DNA from: an uncultured delta proteobacterium
GTDB taxonomy: Bacteria; Myxococcota; Myxococcia; Myxococcales; Myxococcaceae
Length of the DNA stretch: 64,000 bases
Reading direction: 5' to 3'
Assembly (NCBI GenBank): GCA_963713045.1
Contig: CAVQKE010000004.1
Location: 736,001-800,000 of the forward strand
The translations under genes and the position numbers were made by a program. This document shows, piece by piece, positions 20,801 through 30,169 of the stretch. The notes below the pieces were generated by a model. That model saw nothing but the letters and a program-made list of their open reading frames with translations, searched no databases and was not told where the DNA came from. The stretch's first letter is position 1. Each line of letters begins with the position of its first letter.

Positions 20801-21064
20801 CTCAGGCCCATTCTTATGACCTCCTTCGCCTTCATTCTCGGATGCGTCCCGCTGTGGTTCGCATCCGGCGCCGGAGGCAATTCGCGAAGAATTCTGGGGA
20901 CGGTGGTCATCATGGGGATGCTGGCGGCCACCGGCATCGCCATCTTCCTGGTCCCGGCCCTCTTCGTTTTGGTCGAGAAGCTGAGTGGGCACAAGGACCC
21001 CGCCCAGAAGCCCGGCGTCGCATCTCCGGTCGCCCGGCCGGAGGGCGCAGGGAGCCATTCATGA
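17894..21064 (+). CDS. RND efflux permease (AcrB/HAE1 family)
   Basis: FFIRRPIVA, AIGLVVDDAIVVVE, KNAILIVEF and LRPILMTS; 1056 aa. Confidence 0.97.
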   Translation: MSAFFIRRPIVAIVIAIVTVIAGIVAVTKLPIALFPNIVPPQIQVTTTYTGADAITVEQSVATPIEQQMNGVQNMLYLQSTNGSDGTETMVVTFAVGSNIDIDNVLAQNRYSQAQSSLPQPVLNYGVTIQPSYSFPLVIVSLFSPDNRYDQTFLGNYATINIVDALKRIPGVGNVVLYGSSNYAMRIWVNPDLLTRLNLSVTDLTDAVKRQNVVNPSGQIGAEPAPPGQQFTYTVRAPGRLVTAEDFGNVIVRLNPDGSTVRLKDVSRIELGSLIYSQEGRYKGQPAGVIAVQQAPGSNALDVAAGVEKTFAELKKKFPPGMDYDVSLDTTLQISEGMHDIVKTLYEAMALVIIVVFIFLQSWRATLIPMIAVPVSLVGTFAVFPILGFTVNTLSLLGLVLAIGLVVDDAIVVVEAVEHHIEKGMTPRDAAFKAMEEVSGPVVGMSLVLSAVFIPTVFLAGITGRLYQQFAVTIAVSVLISAFNALTLSPALSAMWLRPKKAQKGVLGRLGDRFNRWFGRVTDGYGKLSATLIRKMAIPLGLLVAVTVLDGVVGKGLPGGFVPQEDQGFAVVSFQLPNAASLQRTREVGKKVEDILSKTPGVRSYNLINGLNLISANSASYVGTAFVSFKNWEERKTAEERADGILRRLNAAFASIPEARVIAFPPPAIPGIGTAGGFDVMVQDRSGGGNERFLTENVAKLVAALNKRPEIAGVLPNFAPAVPQLFVNVDKDKVLKQGIQLTSVYDTLQAFLGGTYINQFNRFGRTWNVYLQAEAPYRLEPKDLESFYVRNNSGQMVPLSTLVTVESISGPQFTVRFNLFRSAELLGSARPGFSSGQLMKAVEETAKQVLPAGMDIAWTNMSYQEKAAEGGASVVFILSLVFVFLILAALYESWSLPFSVLLSTPVAILGAFAGLLIRRFDFDVYGQIGLIMLIGLAAKNAILIVEFSKAEMDKGRPMIDAALEGAKLRLRPILMTSFAFILGCVPLWFASGAGGNSRRILGTVVIMGMLAATGIAIFLVPALFVLVEKLSGHKDPAQKPGVASPVARPEGAGSHS

Positions 21065-22530
21065 GTTGGCGCACCGTCCGAGCTGGCCTCCCCCTGGCCC
21101 TGCTGGCGAGCTGCGCTGTCGGACCAGATTACGAGCGGCCCGCAGTGCCAATGACCGAGGCCTATCGGGACCAGGTGAAACCGGCGGATGCGCGGTCCTT
21201 GGCCGACCTGCCGTGGTGGGAGCTTTTTCGGGACGAGGCGTTGGAGAGCCTCATTGTCCAGGCGCTTCAGAACAACCTCGACTTACGCATAGCCGCAGCC
21301 CGGGTGGAGCAGGCACGGGCACAAGCGGGCATCACCGCGGCTCAGGCTTATCCCGTGGTGGGAGCCGGACTTGGGGCCAACTACAGCCGAGGCACCTTCG
21401 TCCCCGGGCAAACTTACCCTCCCGTTGGTTCGACGTCGCAGCCGCCAATTGGGGCGCAATTCAACCTGAGCGCCTCATTCAGCTGGGAAATCGACTTGTG
21501 GGGCAAGTTTCGCCGCGGCACCGAGGCGGCGGTGGCCCAGTTCCTCGCCACCGAGGACGGCAGGCGGGGCGTCATTGTCAGCCTCATCGCCAACGTCGCG
21601 TCCTCCTACGTCTTCCTCCGGCAACTGGATGCGCAACTCGAAATTGCCAACGCAACGGTGAACAATTACGAAAAGATACTCGAGCTTTACACAGCACGGT
21701 TGGAAGGCGGGACCGGCTCCAAGCTCGAGGTGGCCACTGGCCGGGCCCAGGTGAACGACGCCCGGGCAACGGCGCTGGACTTGCAAAGGCAAATCGTCGA
21801 CCAGGAAAATCTCATCTCGTTCCTGCTCGCGCGGCCGCCGGGGCCCATCCCACGAGGCAGGACGCTGACCGAGTTGGTCTTCCCGCCTAGCATTCCTCCG
21901 GGACTCCCCTCCTCGCTCCTCGAGCGTCGACCAGACGTCCACCAGGCCGAGGAGCAGCTCATCGCTGCCAACGCGTTGATTGGCGTGGCCAAGGCCAACT
22001 TCTTTCCGTCCATCAGCCTCACCGGGATTTTGGGTTTGGCCACACCCGACTTGACCAAAATCTTCACCAGCCCGTCCTTCGTGTGGTCTGCGGGAGGCGC
22101 CGCAAGCTGGCTCGCTCCCATTCTGCAGGGCGCGCAGCTGCAGGGCCAGTACGACGCCGCCTGGGCGAGCTGGTTACAGTCCAAGGCGTTTTACGAGCAG
22201 AGCGTCCTCAACGCCTTTCAGGAAGTGGCGAGCTCGCTCAACGACACGGCTGCCCTCGGTCCTGTCCTTAAGGAGCGGGAGTCCCAGGTGACCAGCCTGG
22301 CTGAGGCGGTGGACCTCGCCCTCGACCGTTTCGAGGGTGGCGTTTCGAGCTACCTGGAAGTCACCACCAACCAGAACAACCTCTTCCCCGCACAACTTAA
22401 CCTGGCGGCCGTCCGGGCCCAGCGCTACCTCGCCCTCATCAGCCTGTACCGTGCCCTTGGCGGCGGCTGGCAGGTGCCGGAGGCCGCAAGCGACGCGGGC
22501 ACCACAGCTCTGGTGGCCCCGGCGAAATGA
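21061..22530 (+). CDS. RND outer-membrane factor lipoprotein (OprM/NodT family)
   Basis: ATGA overlap with the permease; LASCAVGPDY, WEIDLWG, LLERRPDV, LYRALGGGW. Confidence 0.95.
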   Translation: MSWRTVRAGLPLALLASCAVGPDYERPAVPMTEAYRDQVKPADARSLADLPWWELFRDEALESLIVQALQNNLDLRIAAARVEQARAQAGITAAQAYPVVGAGLGANYSRGTFVPGQTYPPVGSTSQPPIGAQFNLSASFSWEIDLWGKFRRGTEAAVAQFLATEDGRRGVIVSLIANVASSYVFLRQLDAQLEIANATVNNYEKILELYTARLEGGTGSKLEVATGRAQVNDARATALDLQRQIVDQENLISFLLARPPGPIPRGRTLTELVFPPSIPPGLPSSLLERRPDVHQAEEQLIAANALIGVAKANFFPSISLTGILGLATPDLTKIFTSPSFVWSAGGAASWLAPILQGAQLQGQYDAAWASWLQSKAFYEQSVLNAFQEVASSLNDTAALGPVLKERESQVTSLAEAVDLALDRFEGGVSSYLEVTTNQNNLFPAQLNLAAVRAQRYLALISLYRALGGGWQVPEAASDAGTTALVAPAK

Positions 22531-22747
22531 CGGCCAAGCCCCGGGCGGGTGGCGAGGGAGGCGCCGACCTGCGGCGGGCGAAAGGCCCATTTCCCTCTAC
22601 GGCACTGCACGGAAGGGCTCGGCGCTTCCGCCTGAGGCGACGTGCGCCGATGCGGTCTTCGTGGCTCTCCAGCTCATGACGCTTGCGTCTGCGGCCGCGG
22701 GGACGCCGTACGCTCGACTCGTGCGCGCGGACCGCCGACCCCCTCAC

Positions 22748-24682
22748 TCAGAAGTAGTAGCGCGCGTCGAAATGGATGCGCATATAAATCATCCATCCCG
22801 TCGCCAGTTCCGGGGTCGGTCCGGTCGCCGCCGGCAAAGTGAGTTTTGAGACGTAACGCACCTGGTTCGGGAACTCGACTCCCCAGCCGAACTGGATGGC
22901 AAAGGTAAGCGCTTGGTTCGTGGAGTATTCCCGGAGAGGCCGGTACTCGAACGTCGGAAAATCGAGGCTCAAGACGCGGTAAGAGAGGAACACCAGGTCA
23001 CTGTTGTACGGCACCATAGCGCCCGGGGCAGCGACACCGATGTTCTCTACTCCGCCAGTGTACCCGTAAAAGGTGGCCGCCACCTCGCGGCCGATAAGTA
23101 GCTGGAAGGCGCCGATGGGCGTGTTGAAGGCGCGCTCGTAGCGCAGTAGTCCCCCACTCGCCGCCCAGATGCCCATGTCGGTCAGGGTCTTCGGCGATGC
23201 CCAAACGAGCACCGGGGCAACGAGCAGGAGGTCGAACGGGATGACGTAGAACGGCACCCGGAGTCGCACGGTGATGCCCTGGCGGGCCGGAACCACCGGG
23301 ACACCGGCCGCTGCGAAGTTAGAGTTGGATGGTCCGTCCTGGGGCGTGTCGTAGGAATAGCCGATGCCGAGGAACGCATTTCCGGCTCCGGTGGAGCCGG
23401 TGAGCGCTTCCAAGCCTACGCCGATGCGGAACTCCACCTCCGCGCCGCCGTACCACCGCGCATCCGCATTGCCTGACTGATAGCCACCGAATTCCAAACC
23501 GCCGGTGAGGTCGCCCGCGAACCCGACGAAGGGTCCAATTTCCTGACGAAAGTGCGGGACGTGCACGTCGTTGGGCCCCCGGGAGGGAATCGGCGTCTTC
23601 GCCACCACCGGAGCCGCCAGGGGCAGCGTCTTCTCGGTGACAGTTGCCGTCGCTTGGCGCGTCGCGGTGCAGGAGTCATAGGCCGCGGCCCCATTGACGG
23701 CCTCGGTCTCGAGTGAACTCACGGCCAGCGCCGTGGGCGAACCGGAGTGTGCGGCCTCGTAGACCTGGCCAAGGCTAAGGGCGACGACGTCGGCGGTGCG
23801 CTTGAGGTCCTGCTGCCGCATGTGCGCATCGCCGAGCATGACCATCGGCGTACCAGACCAGGACGTGCCGTCCAGGCCGAACTCGCAATAGTAGTCGTGC
23901 GTTCCCTTGCGCTCGGCCACGCTCCCCCAGATTCCAACCACATGGCCCGAAGAGAAGGTGTCTTCGAGGAAATGGAGGGCGAAGGCCTCGGTCGCCAGCA
24001 CCTGGCGAGCGAGCGCAGCGCGAGTCGACGGTTCAGTGGCCGCCGCCCACTGCCCCGCAAGTCCAAGCGCTCCGAGGTGGTAGTAGAGATAGAGGCCCAG
24101 CGCGTTGGGCTCGACGCCGTCGGCGAGGGCGCTCGCCACGTACTCGTCTAGCTTGTTGGTGGTGCGCGGGAGAAGGAAGTGACCGTTATTGGCCTGCGCG
24201 CGAGTGAGATACTCGGGGTCGTTGTACTGCAGGCCGAGGTTTGACAAGGCCCAAACGTTCAGCGTGGCGTCGCGGGTTTTCGCTTGCTCCAGCCCCACCT
24301 TCGTCTTCGCGGCTACATCACCCACATTGAGGATCCAGTCACTTGGCAACGTCTCGGTGACGAGCTGATTTGGGGAGCAAGAGTGGTCACCAGCGATGGC
24401 CGGCCAGGCGGCTAAGTCGAGGCACGTGGGCCTGGACCGACCGTCCCCGGTCACCATCTCCTGGCAGTACCGAGCTTCGTGTCCAGAGCGCGCTTCGGTC
24501 CAAAGCGTGGCGTAAAACTGCTGCTGGTCAGCAGGCAACCCTTTGAGAGCTTCGGCCATGATGTCCCGATGCTCGGGGTAAATCCACGCGTCTGCCCGAC
24601 CGGGAACCAACGTGAGGGCAAGCGGGATGGCCAGCAGGCGCGCGGCTTGCCGTCTCCGGCGAATCTGTCGCGCCCCAAACAC
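22748..24682 (-). CDS. Exported protein: putative Zn-dependent phospholipase C/P1-nuclease-like domain plus C-terminal beta-rich domain
   Basis: Signal peptide ending ADA, mature start W-I-Y-P-E-H, HFLEDTFSSGH and THD motifs, C-terminal F. The CDS is solid; the function is inferred. Confidence 0.7.
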   Translation of the reverse strand: MFGARQIRRRRQAARLLAIPLALTLVPGRADAWIYPEHRDIMAEALKGLPADQQQFYATLWTEARSGHEARYCQEMVTGDGRSRPTCLDLAAWPAIAGDHSCSPNQLVTETLPSDWILNVGDVAAKTKVGLEQAKTRDATLNVWALSNLGLQYNDPEYLTRAQANNGHFLLPRTTNKLDEYVASALADGVEPNALGLYLYYHLGALGLAGQWAAATEPSTRAALARQVLATEAFALHFLEDTFSSGHVVGIWGSVAERKGTHDYYCEFGLDGTSWSGTPMVMLGDAHMRQQDLKRTADVVALSLGQVYEAAHSGSPTALAVSSLETEAVNGAAAYDSCTATRQATATVTEKTLPLAAPVVAKTPIPSRGPNDVHVPHFRQEIGPFVGFAGDLTGGLEFGGYQSGNADARWYGGAEVEFRIGVGLEALTGSTGAGNAFLGIGYSYDTPQDGPSNSNFAAAGVPVVPARQGITVRLRVPFYVIPFDLLLVAPVLVWASPKTLTDMGIWAASGGLLRYERAFNTPIGAFQLLIGREVAATFYGYTGGVENIGVAAPGAMVPYNSDLVFLSYRVLSLDFPTFEYRPLREYSTNQALTFAIQFGWGVEFPNQVRYVSKLTLPAATGPTPELATGWMIYMRIHFDARYYF

Positions 24683-24811
24683 TAGGTCGGAGGAGACACT
24701 CTGGCGCGCAAAAATTCAAGGACTTCCCCGCATGCAATGGCGCTGCATCCTCGGGACCAATTTGGCGCATCCATCGTATTCTTTGGTGTGAACGGACGGG
24801 AGGTCCGAATC

Positions 24812-25219
<408 letters not shown>

Positions 25220-25376
25220 GTGACGTTGGCTGTGCCATTTGGCGGTCCGTGAGCGCAATGGGTCACCCCGCACCCTCAAGACAATTCCCAGAATACGCTT
25301 ATCCTTCTTCATTTTGAGGAGTCTGTATTTCCCCGAATCACAGTACGGTCCTTAAGCCTTCTCGAAGTGAACCGTT

Positions 25377-25457
25377 TAGGTAAATGGCCGTAACTGCTGT
25401 AGAAGTAGACCATCGGCCCCGTAGCTCGGATGGATAGATCGGCGGTTTCCTAAACGC
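25377..25457 (+). repeat. Degenerate copy of the upstream region and 5' half of tRNA-Arg(CCT)
   Basis: TAGGTAAATG-N7-CTGCTGTAGAAGTAG-N6-GGCCCCGTAGCTCgGATGGATAGAtCGGCGGTTTCCTAAAC matches 25807-25885 with identical spacing. Confidence 0.9.
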
Positions 25458-25459
25458 GG

Positions 25460-25771
25460 TTGCTGCTCGCGGCAGGCCTTCAGCCCATCAGTTATCCGCC
25501 TGCCGAGGCATTTCTAGCAGACACCAAGCATCCCCATTTCGATTGCGTGGTGCTTGACATTCAGCTCCCCGGCATTTCGGGGCTTGAGCTGCAGAAACAG
25601 CTCACAGCCGCGGGTGCACCGCCTCCCGTTATCTTCGACAGCGCCCATGACGACCTACAGGCGCGCGACCAGGCTTCTGTCGCTGGATGTGCGGGCTACT
25701 TCCGGAAAACGGCTGCCGGAAGCGAAGCGCTTGAAGCGATTCGTCGCGCCGTCCCCCCGTCGTCGGCTTAA
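25460..25771 (+). pseudogene. Single-domain response regulator receiver, N-terminally truncated
   Basis: DCVVLDIQLPGISGLEL and SAHDD present; the first strand and acidic pocket are missing. Confidence 0.75.
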
Positions 25772-25818
25772 CCGTTATGGCAAGAGCGGTTCCCCTCCGC
25801 TGGATATAGGTAAATGCT

Positions 25819-27210
25819 TTAAGCTGCTGTAGAAGTAGTTTGACGGCCCCGTAGCTCAGATGGATAGAGCGGCGGTTTCCTAAACCGCAGGTCGCGCGTT
25901 CGAATCGCGCCGGGGTCACTCCTCCCAAAGGCTCCGAATTCGCTCAGGATTGAGTCGTCGTCCTCCGCAGAATTCGAGTCCTGCGATTCGTCGGGGCACA
26001 CGTTTTGTGCCGTGTGTGTGCCACCGGTTCCGAAATGCAAGCGGTTGACTCCGCGCTGGAGTGTTGAGAGGTCCACCTGGGTGTACACGGCTTCGGTGAG
26101 CTTCGGGTCGCTGTGCCGCATCAATCGCTGAGTGACCGAAGTCGAGGCTCCAGCGGCCGCAAGAAGGCTCGCGTGGCTCCTACGTAAGTCGTGGAACCCG
26201 AGCGGCCGGACCTCGGCGCTGACAAGCATGTGGTCAAGCCCGTGCTGCGCACATGGACGCGGACTCCTGTCCGGCACGGTAACGTTAGAATCGCAGTTCC
26301 ATGCACGGCAATGGTGCCGGTAGCCCGTAATCCCGACGCCGGCGCGAGCCATGACACGGCGAAGCCTTCCCTCAAGGTCGAAATGCTCGGGCATGCGCGC
26401 CCCGTCGGGCGCGGGACAGACGTAAGCAGTCTCGTTTGCCGTCATGCTGGCGCCGATGAAATGAGCGAGCTCCTGAGCGAGCGGCAGAACGACCTGCTTG
26501 CCGGCTTTCGTCGTATCCCGCCCGTGGCTCCGCCGCACGGTCAACGTCCCGTTTAGGAGGTCGACGTCGCGCTTCTGGAGCCCTGACACTTCGCCGCGCC
26601 GCAGTCCTGCGTAGAGCGCCAGGGCGAATGCGCAGGCGATGCTTGCGCCATAGTCCTGCTCGGCCGCCAGCAGCACGGGGGCCACCTCGTGTGGGCGGAG
26701 CCATTCTCCCACGCACTGCGGAACCTTGCGCTTCCTGACTTCACTCGCGGGATTGGCGCCGGTCCACCAGCCAGCTTCTTTGGACCGAGTGAAAACCACA
26801 GAGACGGCGGCGCGGATGTGGTTGACGGTCTGCGCCGAAAGCCCGGTCTGCTGCTTCTCGGCCAAAAGCGCCTCGAGCACCGGGGCCGTCACGTCGGCAA
26901 CGCGTAGGTCGGCCAAGGGTGGCGTCAGCAGATGGCGCTTGGCTAGCGATTTCCATCGCCGATACCAGGGCGCAACCGCAGCGTAGCGCTCGCCATATTT
27001 CTTGACGAGCTCCGTCCAGGGGCCGCCGCCATCTAGCGGAGGGAGCTGCTCGAGCCCGAGACGTTGACGTTCGGCCCGTGCCTCGAGCTCCTGGGCGAGC
27101 TTGACCGCCTGTGCCTTCACCTGTGCGCTGCTCGGCCTTCGGCAGCGCCTACCTCGATGGTCGCGGTAATCCACCCACCAGGTTCGCTTTCGTAGATACG
27201 CACGAGCCAT
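25819..27210 (-). CDS. int: Tyrosine integrase whose 3' end runs antisense through the tRNA/att site
   Basis: AGLRRGEV (Arg), TK (Lys), FHDLRRSHAS (HxxR), MRHSDPKLTEAVYT (His/Tyr). GAGGTG RBS before ATG 27210. Confidence 0.93.
   Translation of the reverse strand: MARAYLRKRTWWVDYRDHRGRRCRRPSSAQVKAQAVKLAQELEARAERQRLGLEQLPPLDGGGPWTELVKKYGERYAAVAPWYRRWKSLAKRHLLTPPLADLRVADVTAPVLEALLAEKQQTGLSAQTVNHIRAAVSVVFTRSKEAGWWTGANPASEVRKRKVPQCVGEWLRPHEVAPVLLAAEQDYGASIACAFALALYAGLRRGEVSGLQKRDVDLLNGTLTVRRSHGRDTTKAGKQVVLPLAQELAHFIGASMTANETAYVCPAPDGARMPEHFDLEGRLRRVMARAGVGITGYRHHCRAWNCDSNVTVPDRSPRPCAQHGLDHMLVSAEVRPLGFHDLRRSHASLLAAAGASTSVTQRLMRHSDPKLTEAVYTQVDLSTLQRGVNRLHFGTGGTHTAQNVCPDESQDSNSAEDDDSILSEFGAFGRSDPGAIRTRDLRFRKPPLYPSELRGRQTTSTAA
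25845..25918 (+). tRNA. tRNA-Arg (anticodon CCT); CCA not encoded; serves as attL
   Basis: Cloverleaf: acceptor GGCCCCG/CGGGGTC, anticodon arm GCGGT-TTCCTAA-ACCGC, T arm GCGCG-TTCGAAT-CGCGC. Confidence 0.97.
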
Positions 27211-27486
27211 GTTCACCTCATCTCCGTCAAGAAGTCTTGCGGGCCCGAGCTCGTTCACTGACAAGAACATCTCAACGCTTTCCGGCCGGAAACGCAGAAG
27301 TCGCTTCACCCGGACAGCTTGCAGTGTGCCATCCCTTACGCGCCGGCGCACCGTCTTGGGACTGCAGCTGAGCAAACGCGCCATGTCCTCAACGGTAAGA
27401 AGTCTCTCGACTGACTGAAAGGTGCCGCGCCCTTCCCTCTCGAAGCTGGTTACCGGGTCGATTGTCTCAAGACGGTCTGCTCTCAT
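27211..27486 (-). CDS. Excisionase-like HTH (HTH_17), in frame with and continuous into int
   Basis: LLTVEDMARLLSCSPKTVRRRVRDGTLQAVRVKRLLRF; GGAG RBS before ATG 27486; no stop before the int ATG. Confidence 0.8.
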
Positions 27487-27559
27487 TTCTCCATCCTCTG
27501 CGGCTACGACACGTCTTGCGCGCCTCTCGGTAAAACGAAAACGAACGACACGTAGCGTT

Positions 27560-27850
27560 TCAGCGATGTTTGCCGTGCTCGGGGACGGAAGTGATTGCGG
27601 CAAGGTGCCGCGCTCCGAGGTATTCGTAGCGTTTCAGCAGGAGCATCTGCAGGTAACAGAGCATTTCGAGCCCATGCGCTTCGGCGTCTCTCTTGAGCGC
27701 ATCGACGACGTGTGTGGGTAGCCGGAACCACGTGCGGAGATGGGCAATGACCTCTCGCACAGCCTCCTGAATGAATTTCGATTCGGCCTGGGGCAACTTC
27801 ACACTCAGGTGCCGCATCTCTTGTTCTGCACTGACGCGAGACTTCGGCAT
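27560..27850 (-). CDS. Small hypothetical protein, possibly ribbon-helix-helix DNA-binding
   Basis: RHLSVKLP strand followed by amphipathic helices; directly upstream of xis/int. Confidence 0.6.
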   Translation of the reverse strand: MPKSRVSAEQEMRHLSVKLPQAESKFIQEAVREVIAHLRTWFRLPTHVVDALKRDAEAHGLEMLCYLQMLLLKRYEYLGARHLAAITSVPEHGKHR

Positions 27851-28629
27851 ATTCTTCGTGTAACTCTATTTGAGACCATTGTCAATCTCACATGAGTCCT
27901 TATTTTGCCAAGTCGCCCGAAGATCAGGACGACGGTGGCGCGCCGGGCTTTCCGATGGACTCGCGATTGCTCTCAAGCACCTCGGGGCGCATTCAGGTGC
28001 AGTGCGAGCAACTCAGCAACACCTTGAGCTCCGACCCCCAAGCATCGTGGCGGGGGAGAGCTGGAACGCCCACGAGTTGACCCCAGCTCCCGCCCGGCAA
28101 CGACGACTCAGCGAAGCATCAAGCATCAACTTCAGGAGGTCCCCAGCGAACCTGAGGACGACTCCGAAGAGACAGAACCCGGCCATGATTCGCAAGATAG
28201 TGTTCTGCGGTTCTGTCAACTCGTAGCGACGACCGAACCGAAAAGGATGAAACTTCATGAACGCGTCGAAACGAACGACGCCGAAGGCAATAAGCGAAGT
28301 AAGAATGCCAACTCCGATAAGGAACCAAAAAATCGGCGTGTCTGAAAGATGGACCTCATTGCCGAAATCTACGAACCACAAGCCATCGTAGAGATAGGCA
28401 ACATCGTTGTTGTCAAGGATGTGTTGACACCGAGCGTCGTCAGTCCCGTCCGCGTGCCCGGACCCACTCAGAGTCTCGCGTCGGAGACTGATCTCGAACC
28501 GTTGCTTGACGCATGCTCCCCTGCCTGCCACCGTCCTTAGCACCGCGAGGGCGCTTTTCGCGGTTCCCAAGGCTAGCTACTCGGAGACTCCAGGCTCCTA
28601 TGGGGGGGGGCCGTTGCTAGGAGGCAAAC

Positions 28630-29742
28630 GTGAAACGTCAGTTGGAAGGACTGTTATTTTCTCTCGCGATTTTGACGGCCGTATTCACCCCAGTCGGGGC
28701 GCAGCAGGATGGAGGGCCCTCGGTTGTGTTGGTCGGACGACCGTCCAACGTGCCGTCGACCTACCGACCGACGCCAAGTGGGTGGTTTCATCCGGACTGC
28801 ATTATCAGCATGACCGAAGACGAAAAGATTGCTCCCGATGGGAGTATCGCAGACCGTGCGACCGGTGCTTTCGTGCGTGCCGTTTCTCCGTGCCAGTATC
28901 CGCAGTACGACGCTAACGGAAATACGGTTGTTACTGGAAATGACGGCATCAGGCCGCCGGCGCATTCATGGATTGTCGACGGTCAAGCTGGCGTTGGCGA
29001 TATGGATTTTATCTCCGCGAATTGGACCGTGCCTCCGAATCCGGGCGGTAGTGGGCAGACCCTGTATTTTTTCCCTGCCTTCCTGCCCCCCAGCGAGGAT
29101 CAGCTCCTGCAGCCAGTGCTTGGCTAGAACGTTTACGGCAACGGTTCAACCCAATGGAGTATATTCAGCACGCAGTGCTGTATCGTAGGCAATCAATACA
29201 CGAGCGCGGTGGTGGCCGTTCCCAGCGGCGTCCAGTTGTACGGCTTCGCCTGGGGGACGGAATGCAACACAGAGTCGGGTCTCTGCGGAAATTGGGAGAT
29301 TTCCATTCAAGGAACTGGGATCAACCCGGTGACCGTCATGAGCACTACCGTGGGGGAAGCCATGTCCTTGAGCGTAGCTGCCACCTACGAAGAATATAAC
29401 ATAACCAGCTGCACACAACATCCGCCCTCCGAGTCGATTACCTTCTCAAACGTTACCGTTCGCGAGGTCGGAGATATTCCGGTAAGCCCGTCTTGGTACG
29501 GTGTCTACTATGGGTTCTCACCCGCATGTAACATTAACTTCGCTTCGCCTAGCTCCAGCACAGCGACTATTAGCTGGTGCATTCCCGACGACCCTTGCAC
29601 CCAACAGACTTGTGGGGAGGTCCTTTCGAATGGCTGCGGCGGCCAAGTTACCTGCCCAGCTTGCTGCAAGCTCCCGAACATTGAGTGCGGCTGCGGTGTT
29701 GGGTGCGTCAGCCTCTCAGTTTGTCGTAGGTTATGCCCTTAA
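28630..29742 (+). pseudogene. Secreted glutamic-peptidase-like protein with Cys-rich tail, copy A (internal TAG at 29125-29127)
   Basis: AGGAGG RBS; signal peptide; ORFs 28630..29127 and 29209..29742 share a frame; QPVLG*N corresponds to QPVLGWN in copy B. Confidence 0.8.
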
Positions 29743-29779
29743 CGGCGCCAAACCCGGGGACGTGACGGAGGAGCCGGCA

Positions 29780-30169
29780 TTGACCTGCAAGACTCTGGCA
29801 GTCACGCTTGCAACCGGCCTTGTCGTGGCAGCTTCGGGCTGCGGTGGAACGAGCTGCCACGACATCGTCAACGAATACGAAGACCAAACGTTGGCCGCTT
29901 CAACCTGCGACCTGACGTCTAGCGACCCGTGTCCGGTGATGTTACCGATAGTGATTGTCCAGGTAAACGCGGACGGCGGCCATACAGTGGTTAATTTGGC
30001 CGCCGACTGCGACGCCGCATTCAATGCCACTGGTGGGGCGAAGCTCCAGCTGCTCTACTCCCAGTTTCAGGCGATGGGTTGTCAGCTGCAGCCTGTACCG
30101 ATCTGCCAGTCGGGACCAACCCAGTGTATTTTTCAGAGCCAATACGGGGCCGTGTGCTATCCAAACTAG
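29780..30169 (+). CDS. 8-Cys lipoprotein 1
   Basis: GGAGG RBS with TTG start; lipobox ASGC; Cys pattern shared with 30154 and 33153. Confidence 0.8.
   Translation: MTCKTLAVTLATGLVVAASGCGGTSCHDIVNEYEDQTLAASTCDLTSSDPCPVMLPIVIVQVNADGGHTVVNLAADCDAAFNATGGAKLQLLYSQFQAMGCQLQPVPICQSGPTQCIFQSQYGAVCYPN

Noticed and set aside
19076..21058. 660-aa antisense ORF and similar long antisense ORFs
   Set aside because: Expected shadow ORFs opposite high-GC genes; no recognisable motifs.
28013..28570. Possible small membrane protein in the island
   Set aside because: Two hydrophobic segments are present, but there is no convincing start or RBS and no family, so it is left uncalled.
29125..29127. Amber recoding (pyrrolysine or read-through) in the cargo genes
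   Set aside because: The TAG replaces a Trp conserved in the paralog by a single transition. Copy B's TAG is at a different position and comes with a frameshift. Many normal genes here end in TAG.
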